A DNA stretch of 64,000 bases. It comes from Alteromonadaceae bacterium UBA1282 (lineage in GTDB: Bacteria > Pseudomonadota > Gammaproteobacteria > Enterobacterales > Alteromonadaceae). Of this stretch, positions 8,862 through 19,202 are shown in pieces. Numbering within the stretch: position 1 is the stretch's first letter; every line of letters starts with the position of its first letter. A program made the translations under genes and the position numbers. Below the pieces are notes generated by a model. It worked only from the letters and a program-made list of their open reading frames with translations. It did no database searches and was not told where the DNA came from. Location: NCBI GenBank assembly GCA_002308075.1, contig DBUU01000114.1, forward strand, positions 24,552 through 88,551, given 5' to 3'.

Positions 8862-9066
8862 AGCGGGCCATCAACGCTGCCCGATTACGGATTTCCAGCT
8901 TGCGGTAAATATTAGCGCAGTGAAATTTCACCGTTCGCTCACTGATAAACAATTGCGAAGCGATGGTCTTGTTCGGTAAGCCTTCGATAATTTTATGCGC
9001 CACCTGAAGTTCACGTTTAGACAACTGTTCCAAATGTTCAGGGCTTAATAACTCTTGATCAAACAT
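8824..9066 (-). CDS. Stand-alone LuxR-family HTH regulator
   Basis: LSKRELQVA...GLPNKTIASQLFISERTVKFHCANIYRKL; GGAG RBS, start overlaps the exporter stop. Confidence 0.88.
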   Translation of the reverse strand: MFDQELLSPEHLEQLSKRELQVAHKIIEGLPNKTIASQLFISERTVKFHCANIYRKLEIRNRAALMARYFRTLYTQIPTV

Positions 9067-11230
9067 GATGATCTCCTTGTTGAGTGGGGGTTGGTAAATC
9101 AGGCGTATAATTGATGGCTACTTCCGTCAGCTGGCCGCCTGCCAGGTGATACCGCTGATGGGCCATTTGAATGGTTTCGCGCCGATGGGCAATAACCACC
9201 CGGGTCATGGGTAATCGGGAAAGATGTTGATTAATAAGCTTTTCACTGTTGGCATCAAGATGGCTGCTGGCCTCGTCGAGTAGCAGCAGAGCCGGACGCT
9301 GATACAAGGCCCGGGCGAGAAATAAACGCTGGCGCTGGCCGCCACTAAAATTGCTGCCACCTTCCTGGAGCAGCGTGTAATACTGCATAGGCAGCCTGGT
9401 GATGGTGTCGTGCAGATTGGCCAGTTGGCAGCACTCTATTAACCGTGGCATGTCGATATGTTGCTGAAAACCACTGACATTGTCGATAACGGTGCCGGAA
9501 AGACACACATCATCCTGCATTACGGCACTGATCCGCTGGGCTGGATCGCGGCTGTTGAGCGGCTTATCGTCAATCAGGATCTGACCTGAAGTGGCCGGAA
9601 GTAAGCCGGTAAGGCATTTAGCCAGGCTGGACTTTCCGTTGCCGCTAACGCCGGTGATTACTACCATTTGGCCCGGTAACACTTCAAGGTTTAGCCCTTC
9701 GAAAAGCGGCGGTTGACCCTGATAGGCAAAGCTTAAATCCTCGATAGTTAGTTTGTGCGCCACAGGTACATGGGCTGGCGCACTGCAAGAAACAGGAGCC
9801 AGTGAGGCAAAGTCTACGGGCGTTTGGACAATATCCGCCAGCCTGTCGAGGTGCACGCGCAATAAACGCCACTGAAGTAATTGTTCGAGTAATCCGTTGA
9901 TAGCTGAATTAAAGCGGTTCTTGTAGCTGGTAAATGCGTACAGCATGCCAACGGTAAAAGCCTGCTCCATCACCAGCGTGGCAGCCAGATAGACGACCAG
10001 TAGGTTTTCAATTCCAAACAGGAGCAGATGCACGATACTAAAACCCATTTCCCAGCGGCGTAAGCGAATATCACGGTTCAGGGTATCGGTAAGTAAATGC
10101 TGCCAGCCATGTAACCGGAACGACTCGAGCTTAAGCATTCTGATTGACTGAATGCCCCTCAGCGTTTCTATAAAGTGGCTGTTTTCCTTCGCGGCACAGG
10201 CAATTCTTTCTTGTTGTAAGCGCTGCACCGGGCCTAGCAAAATTAACCGTAGGGCAAGAAATAACCCCGCAATGCCTACTACCACCAGCATTAGTTTCAG
10301 GCTGTATAACGCCATTAAAATCAGTGTGCACAGCATGATTAGCGTGTCTAAAATGAGCGCGACAATACCCTGACTGATAAAGCGTCTGACTTCCTGCAAG
10401 CTACCAAAACGAGCCACCATGTCACCGATATGGCGCTGGGAAAAGTAACTGAATGGCAGCCGGATCAAATGAGTAAAGACATTTACCGAGAGTTGCTGGG
10501 CGAGGTGCCCAGACATAGCAATGCCGGCAGTCTGGCGGGTAAGATTGGTGATCGCTTCCACAACAATTAGCAGAAAGAAGCCGAGAAACAGCACATTGAG
10601 CAGCGAAGCATCGTTATTGACTATCACTGAGTCGATAACCAGTTGCATATAATAGGGCGATGCCAGCGCAAAACATTGCAGCAGCAAAGACAAAATAAAC
10701 AACACCAGTAAGGAGCGCTTGATACCTACGATACGCTGCCATAACTGGCTGAGCTTTAATGGCTGGCGCAGGTTTTGAGGCGTGAAGTCACTGCCAGGCT
10801 GAAGCTCCAGTGCAATACCGGTAAAGGCATCACTAACCTGTTGCCAGCTAAGACGGCGTTTGCCACATGCCGGGTCCTGAATCTCAATACCCTTCGCTGA
10901 AACTTTGGTTAACACAACAAAGTGCTGCATGTTCCAGTGCAAAATGCAGGGGAGCTGTAGCTCGTTCATATTCTCTGGCTCAAGCTTTAGCGCCCGGCTA
11001 TTGAGGTTGAGTGAGTGAGCGAAATCAATCAGCTGTTTAAGGTTAGCACCCTGCTGGCTGAAGGCGCGTAAGCTGCGTAGCCTGGCCAGGTCTATATTGA
11101 GCCCGTGATAGCCGGCTACCATGGCGATACAGGCCAGTCCGCATTCGGCGTTTTCGGCTTGCAATATCTGCGGCGTCGAACGGCGCCAGCCGAGCTGCAA
11201 GGGTAGTTTGAACAGTGTGGCGGTGCTCAC
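9059..11230 (-). CDS. Peptidase-containing ABC transporter (C39 domain; CvaB/RaxB-like)
   Basis: QAENAECGLAC, LHWNMQHFVVL, DP; TM domain; GVSGNGKS, FSGGQRQR, LLDEASSHLD. Confidence 0.93.
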   Translation of the reverse strand: MSTATLFKLPLQLGWRRSTPQILQAENAECGLACIAMVAGYHGLNIDLARLRSLRAFSQQGANLKQLIDFAHSLNLNSRALKLEPENMNELQLPCILHWNMQHFVVLTKVSAKGIEIQDPACGKRRLSWQQVSDAFTGIALELQPGSDFTPQNLRQPLKLSQLWQRIVGIKRSLLVLFILSLLLQCFALASPYYMQLVIDSVIVNNDASLLNVLFLGFFLLIVVEAITNLTRQTAGIAMSGHLAQQLSVNVFTHLIRLPFSYFSQRHIGDMVARFGSLQEVRRFISQGIVALILDTLIMLCTLILMALYSLKLMLVVVGIAGLFLALRLILLGPVQRLQQERIACAAKENSHFIETLRGIQSIRMLKLESFRLHGWQHLLTDTLNRDIRLRRWEMGFSIVHLLLFGIENLLVVYLAATLVMEQAFTVGMLYAFTSYKNRFNSAINGLLEQLLQWRLLRVHLDRLADIVQTPVDFASLAPVSCSAPAHVPVAHKLTIEDLSFAYQGQPPLFEGLNLEVLPGQMVVITGVSGNGKSSLAKCLTGLLPATSGQILIDDKPLNSRDPAQRISAVMQDDVCLSGTVIDNVSGFQQHIDMPRLIECCQLANLHDTITRLPMQYYTLLQEGGSNFSGGQRQRLFLARALYQRPALLLLDEASSHLDANSEKLINQHLSRLPMTRVVIAHRRETIQMAHQRYHLAGGQLTEVAINYTPDLPTPTQQGDHHV

Positions 11231-12486
11231 AACACACCTCCACGCAGTTCATACAGTGGTTCAAATAACCATTGCATCAGGTTGCGCTCGCGAATGGCTA
11301 TTTCTGCGGCAAAGGTCATGCCGGCTCGCAGGGCAATGCGTTGATTAAAATATTCAATGCTGGTGGCTTGCAGGGTTGCCTTGGCCAGGTACACCGGGGT
11401 GTTTATTGCCAATGGTTTTTGCGCTACTTCCTGTGGCAGTAGCAAGTGAGCAGATACCGAATCGATGGTGGCTTTATAGGTGCCAAACTGGGTATGCGGA
11501 AAGGCATCGTAGCGTAAACTGATGGATTGGCCTGGGGATATCTGGCCCGCCGCGGCGACCGGGATTAACAATTGTGCAGAGACCTCGGCGTTAAATGGCA
11601 TCAGCGAAAGCAGAGGCACATTGCTCTGGGCGAACTGGCCTGGCTTTACATTGAGGTTGGTTACCCGGCCGTTTGTGGACGCGGTAATAATGACTTCCTG
11701 CTGACTGTACTGCTGATCGAGACTTTTTTGCAGTTCACTGATTTGGTTTTCAATACTCAGCAGCTGTAACTGATGGGCGTGTTCCGCTTCGCTAAGGGCA
11801 AACTGGTTGTCTTCAATGGCTTGTAAGGTGGCTATCCATTCGCGCTCAAGATTCTGACGCTGATAGGTTTCGTCGATTCGCTGCGTCTTTAAGGTTTGTA
11901 ATTGCTGGCGGCTGGAAAATCCCTGATGGGTGAGTTCGGTGAACGACTGAATTTGCTTATCCAGTAAGGCCATTTTGTCATCCAGCAACATGCGCATGGC
12001 GGCGAGGCGTGAGCGATCCTCAGTGAGTCGTTGGGCCGTTTTAGTCAGGCGTTGCTGTTGGGTTGTGAAACCTTTCTTGGTAAGCCTGTACTGGCTTTGC
12101 AGACGCTCAATCTGCGTGTCGAGCTCCTGAATCAGAGCGTCGTTGATACTCTGGCCGTTATGTAAAATTGCGTCCCGGGTCAGCCTGATAAGTGGAGTGC
12201 CTTTTTGCACCTGCGTGTTTTCGCTAACCAGCACTTCGCTAACAATAGCGCCTGATGCCGGTCCGTAAACCGGGGTAATACCGCGGGCGGGTTCCAGCCA
12301 GCCTGTTACGGTTTGGGTATAAGTGTAGCGTCCCGCCAACAGCCAGCTTAAAACACCAATTAACCAGCTACACAGCAGCACGGTAATCATAAGAGTGGGT
12401 AGTCTTGGCCTGAGTAATATTGCTCCATCGATTTTTTGCTGCTGTGAAACGACGGCCTGGTGGCGAAATAATGTTTGGCTTTGCAT
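11227..12486 (-). CDS. HlyD-family membrane fusion protein (CvaA/RaxA-like)
   Basis: LFRHQAV N-terminus, one TM, coiled coil, RYDAFPHTQFG, LRAGM; ATG 12486 preferred. Confidence 0.9.
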   Translation of the reverse strand: MQSQTLFRHQAVVSQQQKIDGAILLRPRLPTLMITVLLCSWLIGVLSWLLAGRYTYTQTVTGWLEPARGITPVYGPASGAIVSEVLVSENTQVQKGTPLIRLTRDAILHNGQSINDALIQELDTQIERLQSQYRLTKKGFTTQQQRLTKTAQRLTEDRSRLAAMRMLLDDKMALLDKQIQSFTELTHQGFSSRQQLQTLKTQRIDETYQRQNLEREWIATLQAIEDNQFALSEAEHAHQLQLLSIENQISELQKSLDQQYSQQEVIITASTNGRVTNLNVKPGQFAQSNVPLLSLMPFNAEVSAQLLIPVAAAGQISPGQSISLRYDAFPHTQFGTYKATIDSVSAHLLLPQEVAQKPLAINTPVYLAKATLQATSIEYFNQRIALRAGMTFAAEIAIRERNLMQWLFEPLYELRGGVL

Positions 12487-12770
12487 GGCGTCCATTCCTG
12501 CTGTGGGTTGATGATTCAACCTTATGCCTGAGAGCCCTGGTTCACGGTGAAGGTCAGGCCTGGTGCGCTTATTGAGGGGACGATCGCTGACTGATGTCTC
12601 AAAATGCAGGTGTATGTCTCATTTGTGTAAGCCGTTGAAACACTGGTCTGACAGTTGTTGCAGGTCAAAGGTATGCTGACGGCGGCTTTCCTAATGCAGA
12701 TTGTTAATATATTGTGGTTAGCAAAGAAAGCTCTACACTTGATGTATGTTTTGCCAAGGAAGCCGTAGTT

Positions 12771-14315
12771 ATGTTTATACCCAGTATTTTGCTCCGTCAG
12801 TTGTACACCCATGGGAGCCTGACGCAAACTGAAGATGGTTTGCAGTTTATGCTTAAAAACCGGCTCAAAGATGCCGTGCTCAAACAGGTAGACAGTATTG
12901 CCATAAACGGGGAAGTTATTGCGCCTGAAAATGTCACGCTGCAGGTTGGCCCTGAGCAAATTATGTCGATGACAGAGCTGAATGAAAGCGGTGAAGTACC
13001 TTTTGAGCTTAAGCAGGCCATTACGGTTTACTTAAATAAAACCCTGCCAGTGAGTCCGGAAAAACATACTATCGAACTGGTGTTCCGGGCCTCACCTTTC
13101 GGCAAACTGAAATTCAGCGTTGAAGATAACGTATCGGCGCCGAATCTGGCTGAAGGGCATATTCCCCGCGATCCGCATGATGATTACTCGCCGGGGATTA
13201 TCGAAAAACGCCAGAAGTTCTTTGAAAACTTCTCCGGCGCTAATATTCACCATGTTGGCCAGTACTCCATTGATCCCAATACCCTGCGCGGCAATATCGA
13301 GCACTTCATTGGTGTGGCGCAGGTGCCAGTTGGCGTGGCGGGGCCGGTCACTATCGACGGCGAGCATGCCAAAGGCGATTTTCTGATCCCAATGGCCACT
13401 ACCGAAGGTACCCTGGTTGCTTCTTATAATCGCGGTATGAAACTGCTTAATATGAGTGGCGGGATCAAATCCACCGTGGTGGATGATGCCATGCAGCGCG
13501 CGCCGGTATTTGTGTTTTCTGATGCTCGCGGCGCGCGGGATTTCGTAGCCTGGGTAAACGAGAATATCGATAAAATCCGCGAGGAAGCAGAAGCCACCTC
13601 ATCCATTGCCAAGCTCACTTATATTGACAGTTTCCTGTCTACCAAGTTTGCCTTTTTGCGCTTCAATTACCGTACCGGCGATGCAGCAGGGCAGAACATG
13701 GTGGGGCGCGCTACATTTGCTGCCTGTGGCTGGATCCTCGATCACTATGAAGGCATCGAAAACTTTTATCTGGAGTCCAACTTCGCCACCGATAAAAAAG
13801 CCTCGCAAATTAATATCATGCGTACCCGGGGTAAACGGGTGATTGCCGAAGCGACCATTAAGCGCGAGCATTTGTTGTCGGTAATGCGGGTGGATCCTAA
13901 ACAGATTGATTATCACGGCCGGGTAGCGGGCGTCGGCTCCTTCTTGTCGGGCGTCAATAATACTGGCTTACACTCGCCTAATGGCATTACCGCGATGTTT
14001 ATTGCTACCGGGCAGGACGTGGCCAACGTGTCGGAGTCCTCCGCTGGTATCATGTATTCTGAGCTGACCGAGGAAGGCGATTTATATATCTCCCTGACTA
14101 TTCCGTCGCTCATTGTGGCGACTTATGGTGGCGGTACCGGTATTGGTACTCAGCGTGAGTGTCTGGAATTACTGGGCTGTTATGGCCGGGGTAATGTGTA
14201 TAAGTTTGCCGAAATCGTTGGCGCGGTGGCGCTGGCGGGTGAAATTTCACTGGCCTCTGCAATCTCCAGTTCCGACTGGGTGTCTTCGCATGAGCAGTAT
14301 GGCCGTAACCGGTAA
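12771..14315 (+). CDS. Class I HMG-CoA reductase with extra N-terminal domain
   Basis: EHFIG, PMATTEGTLVAS, TGDAAGQNM, NFATDKK, TYGGGT, C-terminal His; ATG 12771 after AGGA. Confidence 0.88.
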   Translation: MFIPSILLRQLYTHGSLTQTEDGLQFMLKNRLKDAVLKQVDSIAINGEVIAPENVTLQVGPEQIMSMTELNESGEVPFELKQAITVYLNKTLPVSPEKHTIELVFRASPFGKLKFSVEDNVSAPNLAEGHIPRDPHDDYSPGIIEKRQKFFENFSGANIHHVGQYSIDPNTLRGNIEHFIGVAQVPVGVAGPVTIDGEHAKGDFLIPMATTEGTLVASYNRGMKLLNMSGGIKSTVVDDAMQRAPVFVFSDARGARDFVAWVNENIDKIREEAEATSSIAKLTYIDSFLSTKFAFLRFNYRTGDAAGQNMVGRATFAACGWILDHYEGIENFYLESNFATDKKASQINIMRTRGKRVIAEATIKREHLLSVMRVDPKQIDYHGRVAGVGSFLSGVNNTGLHSPNGITAMFIATGQDVANVSESSAGIMYSELTEEGDLYISLTIPSLIVATYGGGTGIGTQRECLELLGCYGRGNVYKFAEIVGAVALAGEISLASAISSSDWVSSHEQYGRNR

Positions 14316-14420
14316 TATATTGGGTTCTGATCAGGGGGGCTTGTCCTCCTGGTTAGCCTTATTTCCCGGCTAAAACAATCCGCCCCCCTTTTGCGGCGTT
14401 AAAAAAGGTAACTCAACTCA

Positions 14421-15002
14421 ATGGTTATCGCGATGAATCACAATAAGGCTGGCACGTCTTTCCCTTACCGCGTAGTGCTGGTGTTTTTATTTTGCGCCTG
14501 GCTAGCCGGCTGTGCCAGCAATAAGCCTCAAATTAAAATGCGCGACGAGACTAACTTCGCCGCGCTGAAAACCTTTTATGTTCAGCCACCGCTCAACTCA
14601 GTTAACCCTACCCTGGAGCAGCATATGGCGTCGACCATTATTACCGTGTTGCAAGGCAAAGGGCTCACCGCAGCGGGCGAAGAAGATGCTGATATCAAAG
14701 TCGGCTTTTTCCCTTCCAGCCGGGTGGAAGAGGGGGGCTCGTCGGTCAGTATCGGGCTTGGCACCGGTGTATTTGGCCGCTCTGGCGGTATTTCACTGGG
14801 AAGCATTTTTAGTGTGCCAGTAGGCGAGCAGGTTACCGAATACCAGAATCTGCAAATTGAGGTGGTGCAGAACGGTGAGTTTATCTACAGCGCTGCGGGC
14901 AGCGCAGAGTTAGAGGCCAGCGATAGCATTACCGTGCAACAGGCCTTAACCACGCTGGTAGAAACACTGCTGGAGTCTTTTCCTGCTAACCGCGCAAACT
15001 AG
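14421..15002 (+). CDS. Lipoprotein, DUF4136-like
   Basis: Lipobox LAGC; SSVSIGLGTG...GGISLG segment. Confidence 0.65.
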   Translation: MVIAMNHNKAGTSFPYRVVLVFLFCAWLAGCASNKPQIKMRDETNFAALKTFYVQPPLNSVNPTLEQHMASTIITVLQGKGLTAAGEEDADIKVGFFPSSRVEEGGSSVSIGLGTGVFGRSGGISLGSIFSVPVGEQVTEYQNLQIEVVQNGEFIYSAAGSAELEASDSITVQQALTTLVETLLESFPANRAN

Positions 15003-15097
15003 CTGCGAAGTGGCATAATCGCGCGGCCAGTGGGATTGTGAAACTGTGTTTAGTCCCCAGTTTTATACATCAATTTAAAATCAGATGAGGGCAACGT

Positions 15098-15631
15098 ATG
15101 TCTCGCCACTTTGAACAAGCCGAAGGCTTGTGTGAACAAAAAGACCCGGCCACCGACGGCTTTGTATTTAACCAGACTATGTTACGGATAGCCGATCCGG
15201 TCCGTTCGTTGGATTTTTATACCCGTGTAATGGGCATGACCTTATTGCGCAAGCTCGACTTCCCGGAAATGAAGTTCAGTTTATATTTTCTCACTACCGG
15301 CGAGGATTTTTCTGACATCAGCGACGATGAAGCTAAGCGCACGGCTCAAACATTTGGCCGTCCGGCCATGCTGGAGCTCACCCACAATTGGGACGACAGC
15401 GCCGACACCACGAGCTATCACAACGGTAACAGCGATCCCCGCGGCTTTGGCCATATTGGTTTTCATGTGCCGGATCTGCAAGGGGCGTGTAAGCGCTTTG
15501 ACGAACTCGGCGTTGAATTTCAAAAACGTCTGGAAGATGGCAGTATGAATAATATTGCCTTTATCAAAGACCCCGACGGATACTGGATTGAGATTTTTGA
15601 TGCACAACGTGTAGCGAATTTAGGAAGCTAA
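15098..15631 (+). CDS. gloA: Lactoylglutathione lyase (glyoxalase I)
   Basis: [29 protein letters not shown]. Confidence 0.93.
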   Translation: MSRHFEQAEGLCEQKDPATDGFVFNQTMLRIADPVRSLDFYTRVMGMTLLRKLDFPEMKFSLYFLTTGEDFSDISDDEAKRTAQTFGRPAMLELTHNWDDSADTTSYHNGNSDPRGFGHIGFHVPDLQGACKRFDELGVEFQKRLEDGSMNNIAFIKDPDGYWIEIFDAQRVANLGS

Positions 15632-15660
15632 CGCGCAATAGAAGTATCAAGGCAGTATAA

Positions 15661-15688
15661 AAAAGCCGGAACATAGGTTCCGGCTTTT
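15661..15688. terminator. Bidirectional terminator between gloA and the amidohydrolase
   Basis: AAAAGCCGGAAC-ATAG-GTTCCGGCTTTT 12-bp stem. Confidence 0.85.
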
Positions 15689-15692
15689 GCGT

Positions 15693-18600
15693 TTAGTGGT
15701 TGGTATGCTTCCAGTGATACTGGTGCGCCTTGGCCTCCACTTCTGTCGCCGTTTGCTGCGGCATAAAGGCTTTGTTGTTACCTTCAAAGAAGAACGGCTG
15801 GCGTTTTTGCTTGCTACCCATTTCGTTCATCGTGGCAACGTCATACACGCGGCCGTTAATCACGGTGTAGGTGACATATTCACTGCGACGGATGTCGTTA
15901 AGCACGTCGCCGTCGGTGATCATCAGATCGGCCAGTTTACCCGGCTCAATGCTGCCGAGATCCTTGCCCATGCCAAGATGCGTTGCGCCATCAATGGTAG
16001 CACCGCGCAGAGCTTCCCACGGCGTAAAGCCGCCCTGATTCATCAGCCACATTTCCCAGTGAGCAGCTAATCCTTCACGCTGACCATGCGCACCAATATG
16101 TACACTTACGCCATTATCGCGCAGCTCTTTTGCGTATTCAGCCACATTTACGTGGTTGTACTGATCATCTGGCGCGGTAGGGCGGCGAATGGCACGGCCA
16201 TCCAGTCTGGTAGAAGGGACATAACGTAGCAGGCGTTCGTTCTTCCACACTTCGGTGCGATCGTACCAGTATTCTTCACCCATCAGGCCACCGTAAGACA
16301 CCACAAAAGTTGGCGTGTAACCAAAGTCGGTGGCTTTCCATAACTGGGTGAGGTCGTCATAGCCACGGGCAATGGGCAGCGAATGCTCAAGGCCGGTATG
16401 ACCGTCAACCAGCATGGTCAGGTTTTGCTGGAACTTACCACCGCCTTCCGGCACCACCATCATTTGCTGATTATTAGCGGCCCATAACACCTGCTGGCGC
16501 TGATCACGACGTGGCTGGTTATAGCTTTTCACCGAAATGGCGCCGGCGTCTTTCAGGCGCTGCACATGGAAGTAAGCATCGTCATAGTTATTTATTTGCG
16601 CTTTATAGCCGATACCCTCTGCACCGTACAGAATAGTCCCGGTAGAGTAGATGCGCGGTGCAACGCGTTCACCTGCACGTTGCAGCTCTGACGCGGCAAA
16701 GATTTCAGTGGTATCGTTAGACGGATCGTGAATGGTGGTCACACCGAACGACAGGTTGGAGTATTGCATCCAGTTTTGCTGCGGAATGATCTCACTGCGA
16801 CCCTGTCCGCCGTGGGCGTGGGTATCCACTAACCCGGGCAGAACGGTTTTACCTGAGGCATCAATCAGCATAGCGTCGCCGGGGATATCCACGTCGCCGC
16901 GCTTACCTACCGCGGCAATGCGGTTATCCAGGATCAGCACCACACCGTCTTCGATAACTTCCCGGGTATTGTCGGCATCGCGCATGGTGACCACGGTACC
17001 ACCTACGAGCGCCTTATAACCGCTGGGCTTGTCGCTGGTGGCGGTGAAGCTCAAATCGAGGCCTTCAGAGAGCGGATCCGGCAGTTCATCGGCCGATTTA
17101 CCACCGGTAAAGGCAAACGCGTCTTCCAGCTTACGCTCAAAATAGTAGGGGCCATGGAACCAGCCTACACTGCTGCTATCCGGCGCCCACGTGAGGTACT
17201 CTCCGGCGCGATCAGACAGCTGAGTCACCGGCAGAGAAGACATATTCGGGCCAATTGTCACTTTCTTACCGTTGTCTACGTATGGCGTAACGTAGGTATT
17301 AAACTGATGAACAAATGCAACCCATTTACGATCCGGCGACAGGCGGTATTCCGCTACCTTGTCGGCGCCGTATAAATGCACCCGATGGTCGTCGCCATGC
17401 AGGTTTACACTGGCCAGTTGGGTGGCGCCGTAAGGAGAATCGTAACTGCGTTCGGTAAAGAACAGGCGCTCATTGTCGCCGGCAAAGTGGGGCTGCATAC
17501 CTGAATTGGTGACCTTTTTCGGTTCGCCTTTATCCAGGTCCATCACGTATAAGCCTGGCTCTACCGAATACTTCGGGTCAAGCAGGTAGCCGCCGGTAAA
17601 TTTACGGTAGGTCACTAACTCGCCATCGGGTGAAAACGCCGGCTCTATGTAGTGCCCCGGCTCAGGGGTTATGACTTTGCCCTTACCACCACGGGCAGAG
17701 ACGATGCGAACATCACCTAACTTCTGGTCGTTCCAGGTAGTGTAGATAATGCGCTTACCGTCGGCAGAATAGCGTGGGTAGTATTCATCATGCTCATCCT
17801 GACGGGTGAGGCGTTTCGCTTTGCCACTTTTTAAATCTTTAACGTACAGTTTGCCCAGCGCCTGAAACAGCACAGATTTACCGCCCGGCGATTTTTGCGA
17901 CCAGCGGATCATTTTTACGTTAAAGGTATCCGGTGCCACGTCTACATCAAAACGCAATGCATCGGCGTATTGCAGTTTGGCCTCAACGGCGATATCGATG
18001 GTGTCTGCCGATTGATCTTTTACATTGAGCTTATGAAACTTTCCGCCGGCCCAGTACACAATCGCTTTGCTGTCAGGTGTCCAGTCAAAGTAGGCATAGT
18101 AACCTTCTACACCAAAGCCTTCCTGCATATCGCGCTCCATATCGCGGGTGAGCAGCGTTTCTTCACCGGTGGCAAGGTCTTTAATGAACAGCGCGGTGTC
18201 GTACTTCACCCGACGTAGAAAAGCAATGTACTTACCGTCTGGTGAAGGGGTTGGTACCACGGCGCCGCCAGTACCGGAGATAACGCGGTCTTCTTCACCG
18301 GTAGTGCGATCAAAGCGGGTAATGGCAAAAATGCCTTCCAGCGGATCGCGATTATAGTCGAAGCGGTAACCGCCAGAGGTACTCTGGGTATAGTAAATAT
18401 AGTTGCCATCGTGAGAGAACACCGGATCGGTAATGTTGTTTTGCTCACGTTTACCGGATACCCGCTCTTTAATCGGCAGACCGCTACCGCCGGAATGATG
18501 ATAAATCCAGATTTCGCCCGCCGGGATACTGCGGGTAGAGGTAATGCCTTTGGTCACCACAATATATTCGCCATCCGGGCTCCATTTAGGCGAGTGAATG

Positions 18601-19052
18601 GTGTTATTTTTTTCTTTGGTGACCTGGCGCAGGTTTTCACCGTTGGCATCCATCACCCACACGTTAGACACGCCGCCGCGATCTGAGATAAACGCAATTT
18701 TGCTGCCGTCGGGCGAGATGGCCGGGTGGATATTCCAGGCAAAATCCTGCGTTAACGGCTTAGCGTTGCCGCCGTCGAGGTCGGCTTTATAAATATCGCC
18801 TAACATGTCGAACAGAAAGTATTCGCCATCAGGTGCTACGTCGAGGCTCGACCAGGTGGTTTCGGTGGTGTTGATGGTGACATCGTGCAAAGGGTAAGGC
18901 GGGTTAGTCACTTCCCACTTGTCTTCGGTCGCTGCTTCATCGCCTTCCTGTGCTGCCAGCGGAGCGCTGAGCAGACAAAGTGAGGTCAATACTGAAGCAC
19001 TCAATAAGGTTAATTTTTGTTTAGGGGTGTGCAGGTTTGTCGTTAGCTTCAT
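15693..19052 (-). CDS. Secreted amidohydrolase with TolB-like (PD40) beta-propeller
   Basis: Signal peptide, repeated PxxSPDG motifs, PGLVDTHAH metal site, GSIEPGKLADL. Confidence 0.88.
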   Translation of the reverse strand: MKLTTNLHTPKQKLTLLSASVLTSLCLLSAPLAAQEGDEAATEDKWEVTNPPYPLHDVTINTTETTWSSLDVAPDGEYFLFDMLGDIYKADLDGGNAKPLTQDFAWNIHPAISPDGSKIAFISDRGGVSNVWVMDANGENLRQVTKEKNNTIHSPKWSPDGEYIVVTKGITSTRSIPAGEIWIYHHSGGSGLPIKERVSGKREQNNITDPVFSHDGNYIYYTQSTSGGYRFDYNRDPLEGIFAITRFDRTTGEEDRVISGTGGAVVPTPSPDGKYIAFLRRVKYDTALFIKDLATGEETLLTRDMERDMQEGFGVEGYYAYFDWTPDSKAIVYWAGGKFHKLNVKDQSADTIDIAVEAKLQYADALRFDVDVAPDTFNVKMIRWSQKSPGGKSVLFQALGKLYVKDLKSGKAKRLTRQDEHDEYYPRYSADGKRIIYTTWNDQKLGDVRIVSARGGKGKVITPEPGHYIEPAFSPDGELVTYRKFTGGYLLDPKYSVEPGLYVMDLDKGEPKKVTNSGMQPHFAGDNERLFFTERSYDSPYGATQLASVNLHGDDHRVHLYGADKVAEYRLSPDRKWVAFVHQFNTYVTPYVDNGKKVTIGPNMSSLPVTQLSDRAGEYLTWAPDSSSVGWFHGPYYFERKLEDAFAFTGGKSADELPDPLSEGLDLSFTATSDKPSGYKALVGGTVVTMRDADNTREVIEDGVVLILDNRIAAVGKRGDVDIPGDAMLIDASGKTVLPGLVDTHAHGGQGRSEIIPQQNWMQYSNLSFGVTTIHDPSNDTTEIFAASELQRAGERVAPRIYSTGTILYGAEGIGYKAQINNYDDAYFHVQRLKDAGAISVKSYNQPRRDQRQQVLWAANNQQMMVVPEGGGKFQQNLTMLVDGHTGLEHSLPIARGYDDLTQLWKATDFGYTPTFVVSYGGLMGEEYWYDRTEVWKNERLLRYVPSTRLDGRAIRRPTAPDDQYNHVNVAEYAKELRDNGVSVHIGAHGQREGLAAHWEMWLMNQGGFTPWEALRGATIDGATHLGMGKDLGSIEPGKLADLMITDGDVLNDIRRSEYVTYTVINGRVYDVATMNEMGSKQKRQPFFFEGNNKAFMPQQTATEVEAKAHQYHWKHTNH

Positions 19053-19202
19053 TGTTGTTCTCTACGTCTTTTTTGTTGTCATGGCCGGGATTGAGCCCGC
19101 GGCAAAATCAATCTTCCCTGGATTGTTAACAGTCAGTATAAAGTATGTTTACTGTGAGGTGTTGCAGTTCATCGGATAAGTTTGCAGGGTATACCGCAGA
19201 GC

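Noticed and set aside
12683-12698. GG-N10-GC spacing upstream of HMG-CoA reductase
   Set aside because: Lacks the CAC/TTGC context of sigma-54 promoters; likely chance
12522-12959. 145-aa minus-strand ORF upstream of the MFP, considered as the exporter substrate
   Set aside because: Overlaps the HMG-CoA reductase antisense; no double-glycine leader or RBS
15040-15063. Sigma-32-like GTGAAA...CCCCAG upstream of gloA
   Set aside because: Spacer too short and both boxes imperfect
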